A DNA stretch of 64,000 nucleotides from a virus (lineage: Duplodnaviria > Heunggongvirae > Uroviricota > Caudoviricetes), in the IMG/VR virus record IMGVR_UViG_3300038393_003162, positions 1 to 64,000 of that record, one strand, 5' to 3'. The translations under genes were made by a program, and so were the position numbers. Below are positions 40,685-49,545 of the stretch, piece by piece. Every line of letters begins with the position of its first letter. Position 1 is the first letter of the stretch. The notes beneath the pieces are model-generated. The model did not search any database. It was not told the origin of the DNA and saw only the letters and a list, made by a program, of their open reading frames with translations.

Positions 40685-40960
40685 TCAGTACGTCCCCATA
40701 ATCACAGCAACAGCCGCCTTGTTCTGCCTCGGGTGGTCGTTCGGATCGATGAAGTACATGTCGAGCAGGTAAATCACCCCGTCTGACAAGAGGTTATAAC
40801 CCCTTTTCTTGAACGCCAGCCTGGTCTCATAGCACCACGCCCTTATACTGTCCGGCGTCACCTTCCCCGTCAGCTTGACCGGAGGCAGCCCGTCCGGTAT
40901 CCTAATGTCCCTAAGCTTCCTCTCTTGCTGCGGCTCCTTCTGCGACCGTTCCTTTGCCAT
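40685..40960 (-). CDS. hypothetical protein
   Basis: AGGAG RBS; motif at 41003. Confidence 0.65.
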   Translation of the reverse strand: MAKERSQKEPQQERKLRDIRIPDGLPPVKLTGKVTPDSIRAWCYETRLAFKKRGYNLLSDGVIYLLDMYFIDPNDHPRQNKAAVAVIMGTY

Positions 40961-41167
40961 GGGTCTCGCTCCTGATCGTGGAAAATTTCGACGCATTTCG
41001 GCAAAGGGTACATCCGGTTTTTGCCTGCGTCAAGACCAATCTGAAATAAACGATTGGTCTCATGTTCAACCAACTAACTAATTACACGATCAAATAACCA
41101 ACTCTTTATACACATGTCCACACACATACACAAAATATAATGTGATCGCAGGCATACACAAAATAAT

Positions 41168-41995
41168 TCAGATACCAGCGATCTTCCTATACTTCTCCAG
41201 GACATCGCTGCGATCCAGGAACGGTCGCTGGGTGAAGTAGGCGAAATGACTGACGAGGGCATTCCCCGCGATCATCACCGGTCTCTTGGTCTCCGTCGGT
41301 CTCGTCACCGTCAACCACTCCTCTTCCTCTGCTTCCACCTTCCCATCAAACGCCTGGAAGTCCTCACCCATGAACGCGAAGCAATTGATGCTGAACCTCT
41401 GGATCGGGTCCAGATGCCAATAAGGAAACGAATACTTATAAACTTCCTTCTTCTCATGATAGTCGAAGAATATCTCATGGACCGTCTTCGCGAACTCGCC
41501 GCTCGCCCACCCCAGAGAATCCAGGCAATGATGCGTCACGATCCCCTTCTCCCTCGTGACCACTCCCATCCTCTGATGGATATGCGTACAAATCGCATTG
41601 TTGACGATATTCGCACAGACCAAAAACGGCTCGCGGTTGCCCAGCCTCGCGTTACAGAGGGCAGGGATCGCCGTGGGATGAACATACACGATATCGTCAT
41701 CGAACCTCACATAGACCGTATTCTTCTTTGTACAATTCTTGAAGAACTGGAAGATCGAATACGCCTGGAAGTCCTCGTTCACCGGCTCGGTCGGATATTC
41801 GAGCTTGATGAACTTGGGATGATCCTTGGCTGTCGCTTCCATCCACTTGATATCATCCTGGTCGGTCGTGTTCACCCACAGACGCCACTCGTCTAGAACG
41901 CCCTTGTTGCTGAGCATGTAGGGCAACAGGACTTCAAGGTAGCGTCGGCGTCCTGCCGGTGTCACTGCCACCACCTTGTGATCGCGATATCCCAT
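41168..41995 (-). CDS. glycosyltransferase-like protein (GT-A fold, DDD motif)
   Basis: VTPAGRRRYL, YVRFDDDIVYV, FSINCF, HFAYFTQ. Confidence 0.65.
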   Translation of the reverse strand: MGYRDHKVVAVTPAGRRRYLEVLLPYMLSNKGVLDEWRLWVNTTDQDDIKWMEATAKDHPKFIKLEYPTEPVNEDFQAYSIFQFFKNCTKKNTVYVRFDDDIVYVHPTAIPALCNARLGNREPFLVCANIVNNAICTHIHQRMGVVTREKGIVTHHCLDSLGWASGEFAKTVHEIFFDYHEKKEVYKYSFPYWHLDPIQRFSINCFAFMGEDFQAFDGKVEAEEEEWLTVTRPTETKRPVMIAGNALVSHFAYFTQRPFLDRSDVLEKYRKIAGI

Positions 41996-41999
41996 GGTC

Positions 42000-42272
42000 T
42001 CAGTCTCGCTCCCCGATCAGTTCCAAAAGCATCTTGGGATCAACCAACTTCAAGTCGTTGATGAACGTCATCGCCCGGTCATAGCCACCGAGAAGCTCGT
42101 AAAGTCTCTCTGCGACCTCCTTGTACTCACAGTCCAGCCAGCACGGCTCCGGTTCCTGGTCCAATGCCTTGTATTTGAACTCATGAAGATGCTCGGAGAT
42201 GGTCTCAATCTCGTTCACTCTCGCCGACAACCCGTTGGGAAATTCCCTGATTTTTTCTTGTTTTTTATCCAT
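42000..42272 (-). CDS. hypothetical acidic protein
   Basis: 90-aa ORF starting 40 nt after a solitary repeat. Confidence 0.55.
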   Translation of the reverse strand: MDKKQEKIREFPNGLSARVNEIETISEHLHEFKYKALDQEPEPCWLDCEYKEVAERLYELLGGYDRAMTFINDLKLVDPKMLLELIGERD

Positions 42273-42311
42273 AAATTTAAATGAGTAATGTATAGATATT
42301 ATTGAGTTGAA

Positions 42312-42347
42312 GTGCTATAAACCTTGAGAATAATCAAGATTCTGCAC
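42312..42347 (-). CRISPR. solitary degenerate copy of the array-1 repeat
   Basis: GTGCTATAAACCTTGAGAATAATCAAGATTCTGCAC, 227 bp beyond the array end. Confidence 0.8.
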
Positions 42348-42574
42348 CTGATTTAATCATGTAAACTCTTCACTCGCCTTAGGAAAAGATTACACATGAT
42401 CATTTTTGGATATGGTAGTATCTAGACGTGAGGATGTAGTGTATTGCATATACTTGAATACGAGCGAGGCACCCCCACCTACCCTAGAACATCACTTAGA
42501 CAATCTTAGCTCGTAGTATGTTGTTGTGTAATCCCCACATACGGTGTACGAAATATTCCTACTTTATGAGCAAT

Positions 42575-43189
42575 GTGCTATGCCTATCGAGAATAATCAA
42601 TAGGCTGCACTCTTGAGCAACCGCTTCAAAGGGTTCTTTGGGATGTGCTATGCCTATTGAGAATAATCAGTAGGCTGCACGCAATAACCCTATCAGGATC
42701 GTCGCCAAGAGACTTCGTGCTATGCCTATTGAGAATAATCAATAGGCTGCACCTGTTTCGAAGACGAGTTTGGTGGATGGGTCGCTTGGTGCTATGCCTA
42801 TTGAGAATAATCAGTAGGCTGCACCCCACCAGTAATGTTGGAGGCACCACCATTCAAAGTGTGCTATGCCTATCGAGAATAATCAATAGGCTGCACTAGA
42901 TCAGGCGGTTCCATAGATCAGAGTTGATCTCGTGCTATGCCTATCGAGAATAATCAATAGGCTGCACCACCTTGAGGGCTTGGAGATCCTCAAACAGAGC
43001 CGTGTGCTATGCCTATCGAGAATAATCAATAGGCTGCACAGGCGTCCTTTGATCCTAAGTTAGCATGGGAATATGTGCTATGCCTATCGAGAATAATCAA
43101 TAGGCTGCACCTGCTGCCGGGCTTATTGTGAGTATGTGAGTAGCGGGCTCCAAGTGCTATGCCTATCGAGAATAATCAATAGGCTGCAC
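42575..43189 (-). CRISPR. CRISPR array 1 (type V): 9 repeats of 36 bp, 8 spacers of 34-43 bp
   Basis: minus-strand repeat GTGCAGCCTATTGATTATTCTCGATAGGCATAGCAC; plus-strand starts 42575, 42645, 42717, 42789, 42861, 42932, 43004, 43075, 43154; leader between the array and the cas gene. Confidence 0.97.
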
Positions 43190-43326
43190 TGGGGTTTTCT
43201 AACCTATTAACCGACAAAGGGTTGCGATTCTACTTTTCAAGCATCTCGTGATGTTGCCTGTTGGGATTTAAAGTATGCCTGTTTACCATGAGATATCATT
43301 GCCCTAAGTCGGTATTGTTTTTGAGT

Positions 43327-46101
43327 TTAAGCCGAATCAAGCATCTCTTGTGGGGTGATATTGCTGGAAGTTGGTGTTTGCCAGAGGGTTAGATGCGATT
43401 TATCGTCATTTGGCTGTTGTTGCTGGGAGGTCCATGATTCCTTAAGTTCCTTTCGCAAGAGTTGATGCTGTTTCCATGGCAACCACTCATCATAGTGTCT
43501 ATAGAACGGGCGTCTATTGGTTCCTTGTGCGTGGCTGGCGTATTCCTTGAGTTTCTTGGCTGTGACTTCCTCTAGTTCTCCTACGAGGTTTTTGCCGAGT
43601 TTGAGGACGAAGGTGTTGTATCCGAGTCTGGTCATAGCGGCTTTGAATCGTTTGCCCTCTTGATCGGGGACATAGAGGGATCGCGGTTCGATGCCATCCT
43701 TGACGACGGTTCTCATCCAGATCGAGTTGGCATCCTGATATCTGGTCCAGAATCTTCGTTGAAGGTTCTGTGCGGCATTGAGGTCTGAGTCGACCGTGGT
43801 CACATTGCCTTCCCTCTGGACGTAGAGGATTTCCTTCTCATTCTCGTCCCTGAATCCGTACTCACCGGTCTGGGCATCGATCTGTGAGGAATCCCTCGGG
43901 TCGATGAGTTGGAGAGCGATCCCGTGGGGCGTGAGGAAGTCCACGAGGTAATTCTTGATTTCCCTTGCCGACCAGACTTCGAGCAACTGGTTTTCCTGTT
44001 TGGTTCGTGCGAGCGAGAACTTGAAGTTTTCGAGGTCTTCGATGAGGACGACGTGTGCCTGTTGATAGAGTGCGTAGTGTGCGATAGCGGCGGCGATCTT
44101 CTTGATTTGGTCCTTCTTGATGTTCCTGAGGGTTCTGAGATGTCTGGAGAAGTGCCTTGGGTCTCTCCGTAGTCCCGGCTGGAGTGGTTCTTGGTCTTTG
44201 TATCTCCATGACTTCATGAGGGAGATGTATTTTTTGTAGACCATGATATACTTGATTGAGTCGGCTGAGACGCCTGTATGCCTGTGGGTATAAGTTCTCA
44301 GGTTCCTGAAATGTCTGGCGATATTGCCGATTGTGCTGTTGAGTTCGTTGAGGAGGTCATAGGGTTGGCTCGTGGGATTGATTCCGGCGAGCTTGAATGC
44401 CTTGTCGTAAGGTTTGAGGTCTTCGTCTTGGTTTTTCTGTAGGTCTTTATAGAGGTAGATGAGTTTCTTAGCGGCGTAGATCTTGTCGTCGAGGTTCTTG
44501 ATTTGGTCTACGAATTCTTGGGAGTGGATGGTCCCGATCTTGATTTCCTCGATCTTGGTGGCTTGCCCGAGGTTGGGTACTTGGTAATCGTCTTTTGTGG
44601 CTGTGTGATTGTCTTTGAGTTGATAGGTTGTGAGGGCGAGTGTCGGATTGATGTTGAGGTCGACGGAGATTGCCTTGAGACCTACCTTGATGTCTGGGAG
44701 ATATTGGTCAGCTTTCTTGTCATTTGCGGCGGTGTTGAAGTAGGTGATGGTATTCTTAAGAGGCTTGAAGTCGAGGGCTTGGTTGCCTTTCTTGTCGGTC
44801 TTGTAGTTCTCATAGAGTGGGTCATTGAATTTGGTCTGGACATTGAGTGGGAGCGAGAGGTAGACTTGCCCGAGGTATCCGTTGGCGAAGTTGGTTGGAT
44901 CGATGGTCCTGAGCAGTTGGTTATTGAATCTGAGATAGGGTTCTTTAAGGATGGCGGTCGTGGGAGTTTGCCTGAGGTTTCCGGTTTTGTATTGGAACTG
45001 GAAGTTCTTAGTTCCCTTGATCGGTTGGATTTCGAGGTCGATGAAGTATCTTGATGGCAGGAGTTCGAGGGTATGGGACTTGAGTTGGGTGATATTCCTA
45101 TGGTCTAGAAGTTCGAGGGTTGCGTAGAGTTTGCTATTGGTTTGCTTGATGGAGAATCCGAGGTAATTTTCCCCGAAGTGAGCGTCTTGGGGGAGATTGT
45201 GCGTGTGGGGGGTTGGGACGCTGGCGTTTTGCTTTGCGTCTTCGTTGAGATATCTGACGGCTTCATCTCTTTCAGTGAAGAGGGCGATGAAGTCGATTTC
45301 CTGGAGGTTGAGCCAGAGGTCTTGATATTGGTCTTGAAGTAGGTTGTAGGGTGTTTGGTTGGGGGCTTGCCCTTTGATGAGTTTCTGCCTGGTTTTTTGC
45401 CATCGTGCGAGGAATTTGGCATTTGCCTTGAACTTGGGGTCTTGTTCGGCTTGCTGCTTCCATTCCTGGTAGAGATTCTCTTGGGTGGGGAATTGATTGG
45501 CGTGGTCGACGATCTTCTGTGTGTCTTCTTTTAGGGCTTGATACTCTTTCTGGGTATTTTCATCGTTGGCTCGCCAGTTGCGGAAGAGTGCGATTGCGGC
45601 GCAATATGCGGACTTGTGTAACTTGAAGGGGAGTTGCTTGGTGTTATTGGTGTTAGTCAGTGGGAAGATATTTTCATCCCAGAGTTTTCTCAATGCCTTG
45701 AGTGGGGGCGAGGCGTTTTCTTTGCCGCCCGATTCGATGAGGCTGCCGTTTTCCTTGAATCTCCTTGCGAGCATTGCCTGGTAATAGAATGGATTTGGGT
45801 CTTTTTGGATACCATCGATGAGTTGGTCGAAGAGTGGGAATGCCTGGTCGGGGTCCATGTGCTTGGCGTAGTTGGTTCTCTTCTGGTCGAGTAGTTCTTG
45901 GGAGACTTGCTCGCCTTTGGTGGTGGTATAAGGCTGGTTGTTAAGGGTCATGAAGAGGTCAAAGAGTTGTGCAACCAGATCATTGTGGCAGATGTGTGTC
46001 GCGGCGATATCCTTCCGGACCTCGTCGGGGATGAATCGGAACCTGAGGTTGGTACTCTTGAGGCACGCGGGCTTGAGGCTGTTGTCTTTATCGTTTGCCA
46101 T
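43327..46101 (-). CDS. cas12: type V CRISPR effector, Cas12b/Cas12h-related, 924 aa
   Basis: RuvC-I AISVDLNIN, RuvC-II VLIEDLENF, ENQLLEVWS, SSQIDAQTG, RuvC-III DSDLNAAQNLQRRFW; adjacent array with a repeat ending in GCAC. Confidence 0.9.
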   Translation of the reverse strand: MANDKDNSLKPACLKSTNLRFRFIPDEVRKDIAATHICHNDLVAQLFDLFMTLNNQPYTTTKGEQVSQELLDQKRTNYAKHMDPDQAFPLFDQLIDGIQKDPNPFYYQAMLARRFKENGSLIESGGKENASPPLKALRKLWDENIFPLTNTNNTKQLPFKLHKSAYCAAIALFRNWRANDENTQKEYQALKEDTQKIVDHANQFPTQENLYQEWKQQAEQDPKFKANAKFLARWQKTRQKLIKGQAPNQTPYNLLQDQYQDLWLNLQEIDFIALFTERDEAVRYLNEDAKQNASVPTPHTHNLPQDAHFGENYLGFSIKQTNSKLYATLELLDHRNITQLKSHTLELLPSRYFIDLEIQPIKGTKNFQFQYKTGNLRQTPTTAILKEPYLRFNNQLLRTIDPTNFANGYLGQVYLSLPLNVQTKFNDPLYENYKTDKKGNQALDFKPLKNTITYFNTAANDKKADQYLPDIKVGLKAISVDLNINPTLALTTYQLKDNHTATKDDYQVPNLGQATKIEEIKIGTIHSQEFVDQIKNLDDKIYAAKKLIYLYKDLQKNQDEDLKPYDKAFKLAGINPTSQPYDLLNELNSTIGNIARHFRNLRTYTHRHTGVSADSIKYIMVYKKYISLMKSWRYKDQEPLQPGLRRDPRHFSRHLRTLRNIKKDQIKKIAAAIAHYALYQQAHVVLIEDLENFKFSLARTKQENQLLEVWSAREIKNYLVDFLTPHGIALQLIDPRDSSQIDAQTGEYGFRDENEKEILYVQREGNVTTVDSDLNAAQNLQRRFWTRYQDANSIWMRTVVKDGIEPRSLYVPDQEGKRFKAAMTRLGYNTFVLKLGKNLVGELEEVTAKKLKEYASHAQGTNRRPFYRHYDEWLPWKQHQLLRKELKESWTSQQQQPNDDKSHLTLWQTPTSSNITPQEMLDSA

Positions 46102-46154
46102 GGTTGGTTGATTTCTGTTATGTGGTTAGTTTTGTGCGACTGATTATACGTTGT

Positions 46155-46189
46155 GTGCTGTAGACCTCAGGTATAATTGAGTCTTGCAT
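46155..46189 (-). CRISPR. second solitary degenerate array-1-type repeat upstream of cas12
   Basis: GTGCTGTAGACCTCAGGTATAATTGAGTCTTGCAT; about 24/36 identical to the 42312 copy, with compensatory stem CTCA/TGAG. Confidence 0.55.
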
Positions 46190-46356
46190 GATTCATGACT
46201 TGGGGAGACATTTATTTCAGCCTCCCCAAGTCATGGTTTAATTCTAGCATAAGTCTTATTTGGTGTCTAGGTCAATTGTTGTTGTTTTAGGGTCTAAAAC
46301 TCGATCAGAGTCTCTTGTCGGCGATCTCGATAGTGTTCGCCGACGAGATTGCGGCT

Positions 46357-46563
46357 TTAGTTGTACAGGATGTATAGGTCTTCGAGCGTCTGCACTCCCA
46401 CCTGGTAGAGCATCTTATAGATTGAGTATTCGAGGAGTTCGTATCCTTCGCTAGGGAGATAGTCCTTGGTGCTATGGAGTATGCCTTGGTATTGGTCGAC
46501 GATTGCCTTGAATGCTGGGATGTTCTTGAGTTGTTCTAATTCATGTTCTTGTGCTTCTGTCAC
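46357..46563 (-). CDS. hypothetical protein
   Basis: GTG start with AAGGA RBS. Confidence 0.5.
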   Translation of the reverse strand: MTEAQEHELEQLKNIPAFKAIVDQYQGILHSTKDYLPSEGYELLEYSIYKMLYQVGVQTLEDLYILYN

Positions 46564-46808
46564 AGGACATATCCTTCCGTAAGTGACTTATTGATTTTTC
46601 TTTGGATTTCCTGACAGTCGTCCTTCACCTGTTTGGTCATGTGGCTGACGACGGCTTGTTCGTAGGCGTTGAACGCGGCATCGATTAGGGCTTCATCGTC
46701 TTTCCTCCATAAACGCCCTCTACGAGACTTCTATCATGGGTACGGGGGATTCGTCGTTTTACCTGTCCGGATCGCGTCACGGGGCTTCTGGGAGCCTTCC
46801 TGGGCATC

Positions 46809-47360
46809 CTAGCCTGGGGCATTGGGTTCGGAGATCATTTCGTTTTTCCTTCTGAAGTTTTGGATATAGGATTTGAGGTTTTGGAGTTGGGTTTGTTGTT
46901 GTTCATTTTGTTGTTTATTTGGGATGAGTAAGTCGTATGAATCCTGTGCGAGTTTTATCATTATTTTCATGTTTGTTGTGTCATTGGCTGTGAATTGTAA
47001 TTGGTGCAGTTGGACTTTGGTTCTATAGTGGATTTGGTTGTCGTTCTTGGTTTCCCAGATATAGAGTCTAGGTTTTAGGGTTGAGGAGGTGGTAATGACG
47101 AAGTGGAGAGAGTGGTCTGTGTGATTTGGATGTTTGGTCTGATAGTGTTTCGCGGGTTCCCAAGAGGTCTTGATATTTTCGTTGATTTTTTTGAGGGAGT
47201 CATTGATGTGTTCTTTTCTGTCGATTTCCACGAGGTGTTTATTTTTCATGGTATAGACGGCGTCGATTGTGGAGATATAGGTTGTATTTTCTTGTTGATT
47301 CTGCTTGATGAAGGCGAGGTCCCAGCGGGCGAGATTCTTGGGGATAGTGGTATACATCAA
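46809..47360 (-). CDS. C-terminal-signature family protein
   Basis: LQNLKSYIQNFRRK; close paralog of the next ORF. Confidence 0.75.
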   Translation of the reverse strand: MMYTTIPKNLARWDLAFIKQNQQENTTYISTIDAVYTMKNKHLVEIDRKEHINDSLKKINENIKTSWEPAKHYQTKHPNHTDHSLHFVITTSSTLKPRLYIWETKNDNQIHYRTKVQLHQLQFTANDTTNMKIMIKLAQDSYDLLIPNKQQNEQQQTQLQNLKSYIQNFRRKNEMISEPNAPG

Positions 47361-47929
47361 TATTTCCTTCTGAAGTCATGGACCTGGGATTTGAGGTTTT
47401 GGAGTTGGGTTTGTTGTTTGAGGTCTTGTGGATTCTGGGTGATTTCGGTCTGTTGTGTTTCTTTGGTCTTGCAGGATTGTGCGGTTCTTCTTTGGACATC
47501 TTTGAGTGCGGCTGGGACATTATCGGAGTAGGTATAGGTTCTGAATGGGCGTTTGAGGTCTTTGTAGGTGAAGTGTTGCGCGTGGTTGTATTGGAACGGG
47601 ACATCGAGTACGTAGAGTTTGAGTGTATGGCTGTGTGGTGTGGCGAAGAAGTGGAGTGAGTGGTCTGGGTGATTTGGGTTTGTGGTCTGATAGTGCCTGA
47701 TAGTTTCCCAGAGGAGTGTGCTTTCTATTTTTTTGTGGTCGATTTGGTCGAAGAGGGTGCAGGCGTAGCTGCCCTTGTCGGCTTTTTCGAGGTGATGGTG
47801 TTGGAGTGTGAAGATGATGGAGTCGTAGGTGATGTAGGTAATTTCTTCGATTTGGATTTTGTAGGCATAATCCCAATTTTGGATTTCGGGTACATTCATT
47901 CGATTATTTTCTCCGGTAGCGTGTATCAT
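47357..47929 (-). CDS. C-terminal-signature family protein
   Basis: LQNLKSQVHDFRRKY. Confidence 0.75.
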   Translation of the reverse strand: MIHATGENNRMNVPEIQNWDYAYKIQIEEITYITYDSIIFTLQHHHLEKADKGSYACTLFDQIDHKKIESTLLWETIRHYQTTNPNHPDHSLHFFATPHSHTLKLYVLDVPFQYNHAQHFTYKDLKRPFRTYTYSDNVPAALKDVQRRTAQSCKTKETQQTEITQNPQDLKQQTQLQNLKSQVHDFRRKY

Positions 47930-47944
47930 GTATTTTGTTCCGAC

Positions 47945-48469
47945 TCATTCGATTTGCATCGAGTTGCTTTGCCTGAAGGTTTGGATTGCCTTGAGGGTTT
48001 CTTGTTTGTATTGGTCTTGATTGTGCTTATGTTTATGCTTGGTTGGTTCGAGGGAATCGAAGGCTTGCTTGAATGCGTAGTAGGCGTTGGGGATCGAGAA
48101 TCTTTCGTAGGTTCCGATGACCTGGGTGGCGGCGAGGTTGTTTGGGTCGAATCGTCTTGAGATGAGTGTGGGGTTATCCCGCTGGGGCTTGTAGAGGAGA
48201 TAGGCGAGGATTTGCCCGTTCTCGATGGTGGGGTGCGGGAGTTCGATTGCCTGGATACTGTCGATGTTATTGGGCGACGGCTTGTAATAGTTGACGAGGT
48301 CGTTATAGGCTTGGTGCCTGTCGTAACTGGCGTGGAGGGTTTTGATTTGGTCGATATTGTTCATAAAGGGATTGACGGTGTAGAGGTATTTGTCGGTGAT
48401 GATGAAGGTGCTGCCGGGGGTGACGATGAAATAGGCTTGGGTCCAGTTGTAGAGTGGTGGGACGGGCAT
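47945..48469 (-). CDS. C-terminal-signature family protein
   Basis: MPVPPLYNW...KQETLKAIQTFRQ. Confidence 0.75.
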   Translation of the reverse strand: MPVPPLYNWTQAYFIVTPGSTFIITDKYLYTVNPFMNNIDQIKTLHASYDRHQAYNDLVNYYKPSPNNIDSIQAIELPHPTIENGQILAYLLYKPQRDNPTLISRRFDPNNLAATQVIGTYERFSIPNAYYAFKQAFDSLEPTKHKHKHNQDQYKQETLKAIQTFRQSNSMQIE

Positions 48470-48479
48470 TGTGTTGGTC

Positions 48480-48974
48480 CTAGTAATTGGTTCGGAAGTG
48501 GTTGATTGCTTTCTTGAGGTCTTGTTTGCGTTGGATCTGGGTGTTTGTGGTGTCATCTTGCGGCGGCTTACCTATGAGGCTGTCGTATATCTTCTGGGCG
48601 GTGGCGACGACTTGGTCCTTTTGGAGTTTGATCTGGATATGGGCTTGTTGTTGGTCGGTCTCGTAGGGTGAGAAGTGATAGAGTGCGAAGTAGCTGGAGA
48701 TATTGATGTCGGGGATGGCGACGAAGAGTCTCGGCTTCGAGGCGAATAGCCTGTGATATTTTGCCGGTTTCCAGTCGAGCTTACCTTCTTTCAGGTCGAT
48801 TTCCTGCTTGATTCGAAGGTACGAGAAGTTATAGACTGTGTTTTGGGTGATGGCACCCGAGAACCGGTCGATGCAGAATACTCTGGTGGTGGTGACGATG
48901 TATCGTTTATCGGGGGTGTAAGCGGTCTGGGCATCGATCCATTGGTCTAGCTCAGGAAAATTTTTGCGTGGCAT
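48480..48974 (-). CDS. C-terminal-signature family protein
   Basis: KQDLKKAINHFRTNY. Confidence 0.75.
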   Translation of the reverse strand: MPRKNFPELDQWIDAQTAYTPDKRYIVTTTRVFCIDRFSGAITQNTVYNFSYLRIKQEIDLKEGKLDWKPAKYHRLFASKPRLFVAIPDINISSYFALYHFSPYETDQQQAHIQIKLQKDQVVATAQKIYDSLIGKPPQDDTTNTQIQRKQDLKKAINHFRTNY

Positions 48975-49026
48975 TTTCGTCGATCCTGTTAGTTGACGAG
49001 TCCGCGTGGGTTTAGTTTATTTGGTC

Positions 49027-49536
49027 TCAGGGGTTTAGGGTCCGGAAATTGTCGATAATATTCCTGAGGGATTTCCTGTTGGTTTCCTTGAATTGGGCGA
49101 CTTCCTCTGGCTCTTGGGCTGGGGGATAGAATTGGTCGAAGAATTCCTGGAGGAGTCTATGGTCGCGAGAGAGTGATCCAGCGGCGAATTCGAACCGGTT
49201 GGTTGGTCCTAGGTGGTTGGGTTTACTCCTCGTGAAGACGCGGACGACGTTCGTGTAGGTTTGCTCATTGTAAGTGAGGAGGAGTTGGAGGTAGTTCTCC
49301 GGTTCGTCGGGGTGAGGGAACCCCAAGTGGCGGAAGTAGAATGTCTTGGTGTTCACGGTTGCGTCCCTGATCGCCTGGAACTTCTGGGTCCTGGATTTGT
49401 GGGGGACTGCCGTGAACACCTGGTCTTTGTTATTAGTGAGTATATATGCATATTCTTCGGTGACGAAATAGGTGTAAAGATCGGTTTGGATGGCTTTGGC
49501 GATGAGCCACTGGCTGAAGGGCGGTATGACGGGCAT
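49027..49536 (-). CDS. C-terminal-signature family protein
   Basis: RKSLRNIIDNFRTLNP. Confidence 0.75.
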   Translation of the reverse strand: MPVIPPFSQWLIAKAIQTDLYTYFVTEEYAYILTNNKDQVFTAVPHKSRTQKFQAIRDATVNTKTFYFRHLGFPHPDEPENYLQLLLTYNEQTYTNVVRVFTRSKPNHLGPTNRFEFAAGSLSRDHRLLQEFFDQFYPPAQEPEEVAQFKETNRKSLRNIIDNFRTLNP

Positions 49537-49545
49537 TTTTAGTCC

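Larger units (their letters stand above)
7020..41020 (-). repeat. dispersed 17-bp gene-associated motif, about 58 copies (putative phage promoter and/or recombination site)
   Basis: plus strand TAAGGGCGTGTCCGGTT-like at ~7020, 7631, 7973, 8468, 8822, 9116, 9469, 9813, 10054, 10511, 10818, 11201, 11586, 12055, 12509, 12929, 13576, 13981, 14454 ... 40249, 40560, 41003; usually about 10-90 bp upstream of a minus-strand start. Confidence 0.93.

Noticed and set aside
7020-41020. Classical integron with attC sites
   Set aside because: No integron integrase is seen, and I could not find the paired RYYYAAC/GTTRRRY boxes around a single hairpin. Only the analogy is kept.
42626-42899. Short ORFs within the CRISPR arrays
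   Set aside because: They are translations of repeat-spacer DNA.
42348-43326. tracrRNA for the Cas12b-like effector
   Set aside because: No convincing anti-repeat was seen by eye in either flank. This is not excluded without RNA data.
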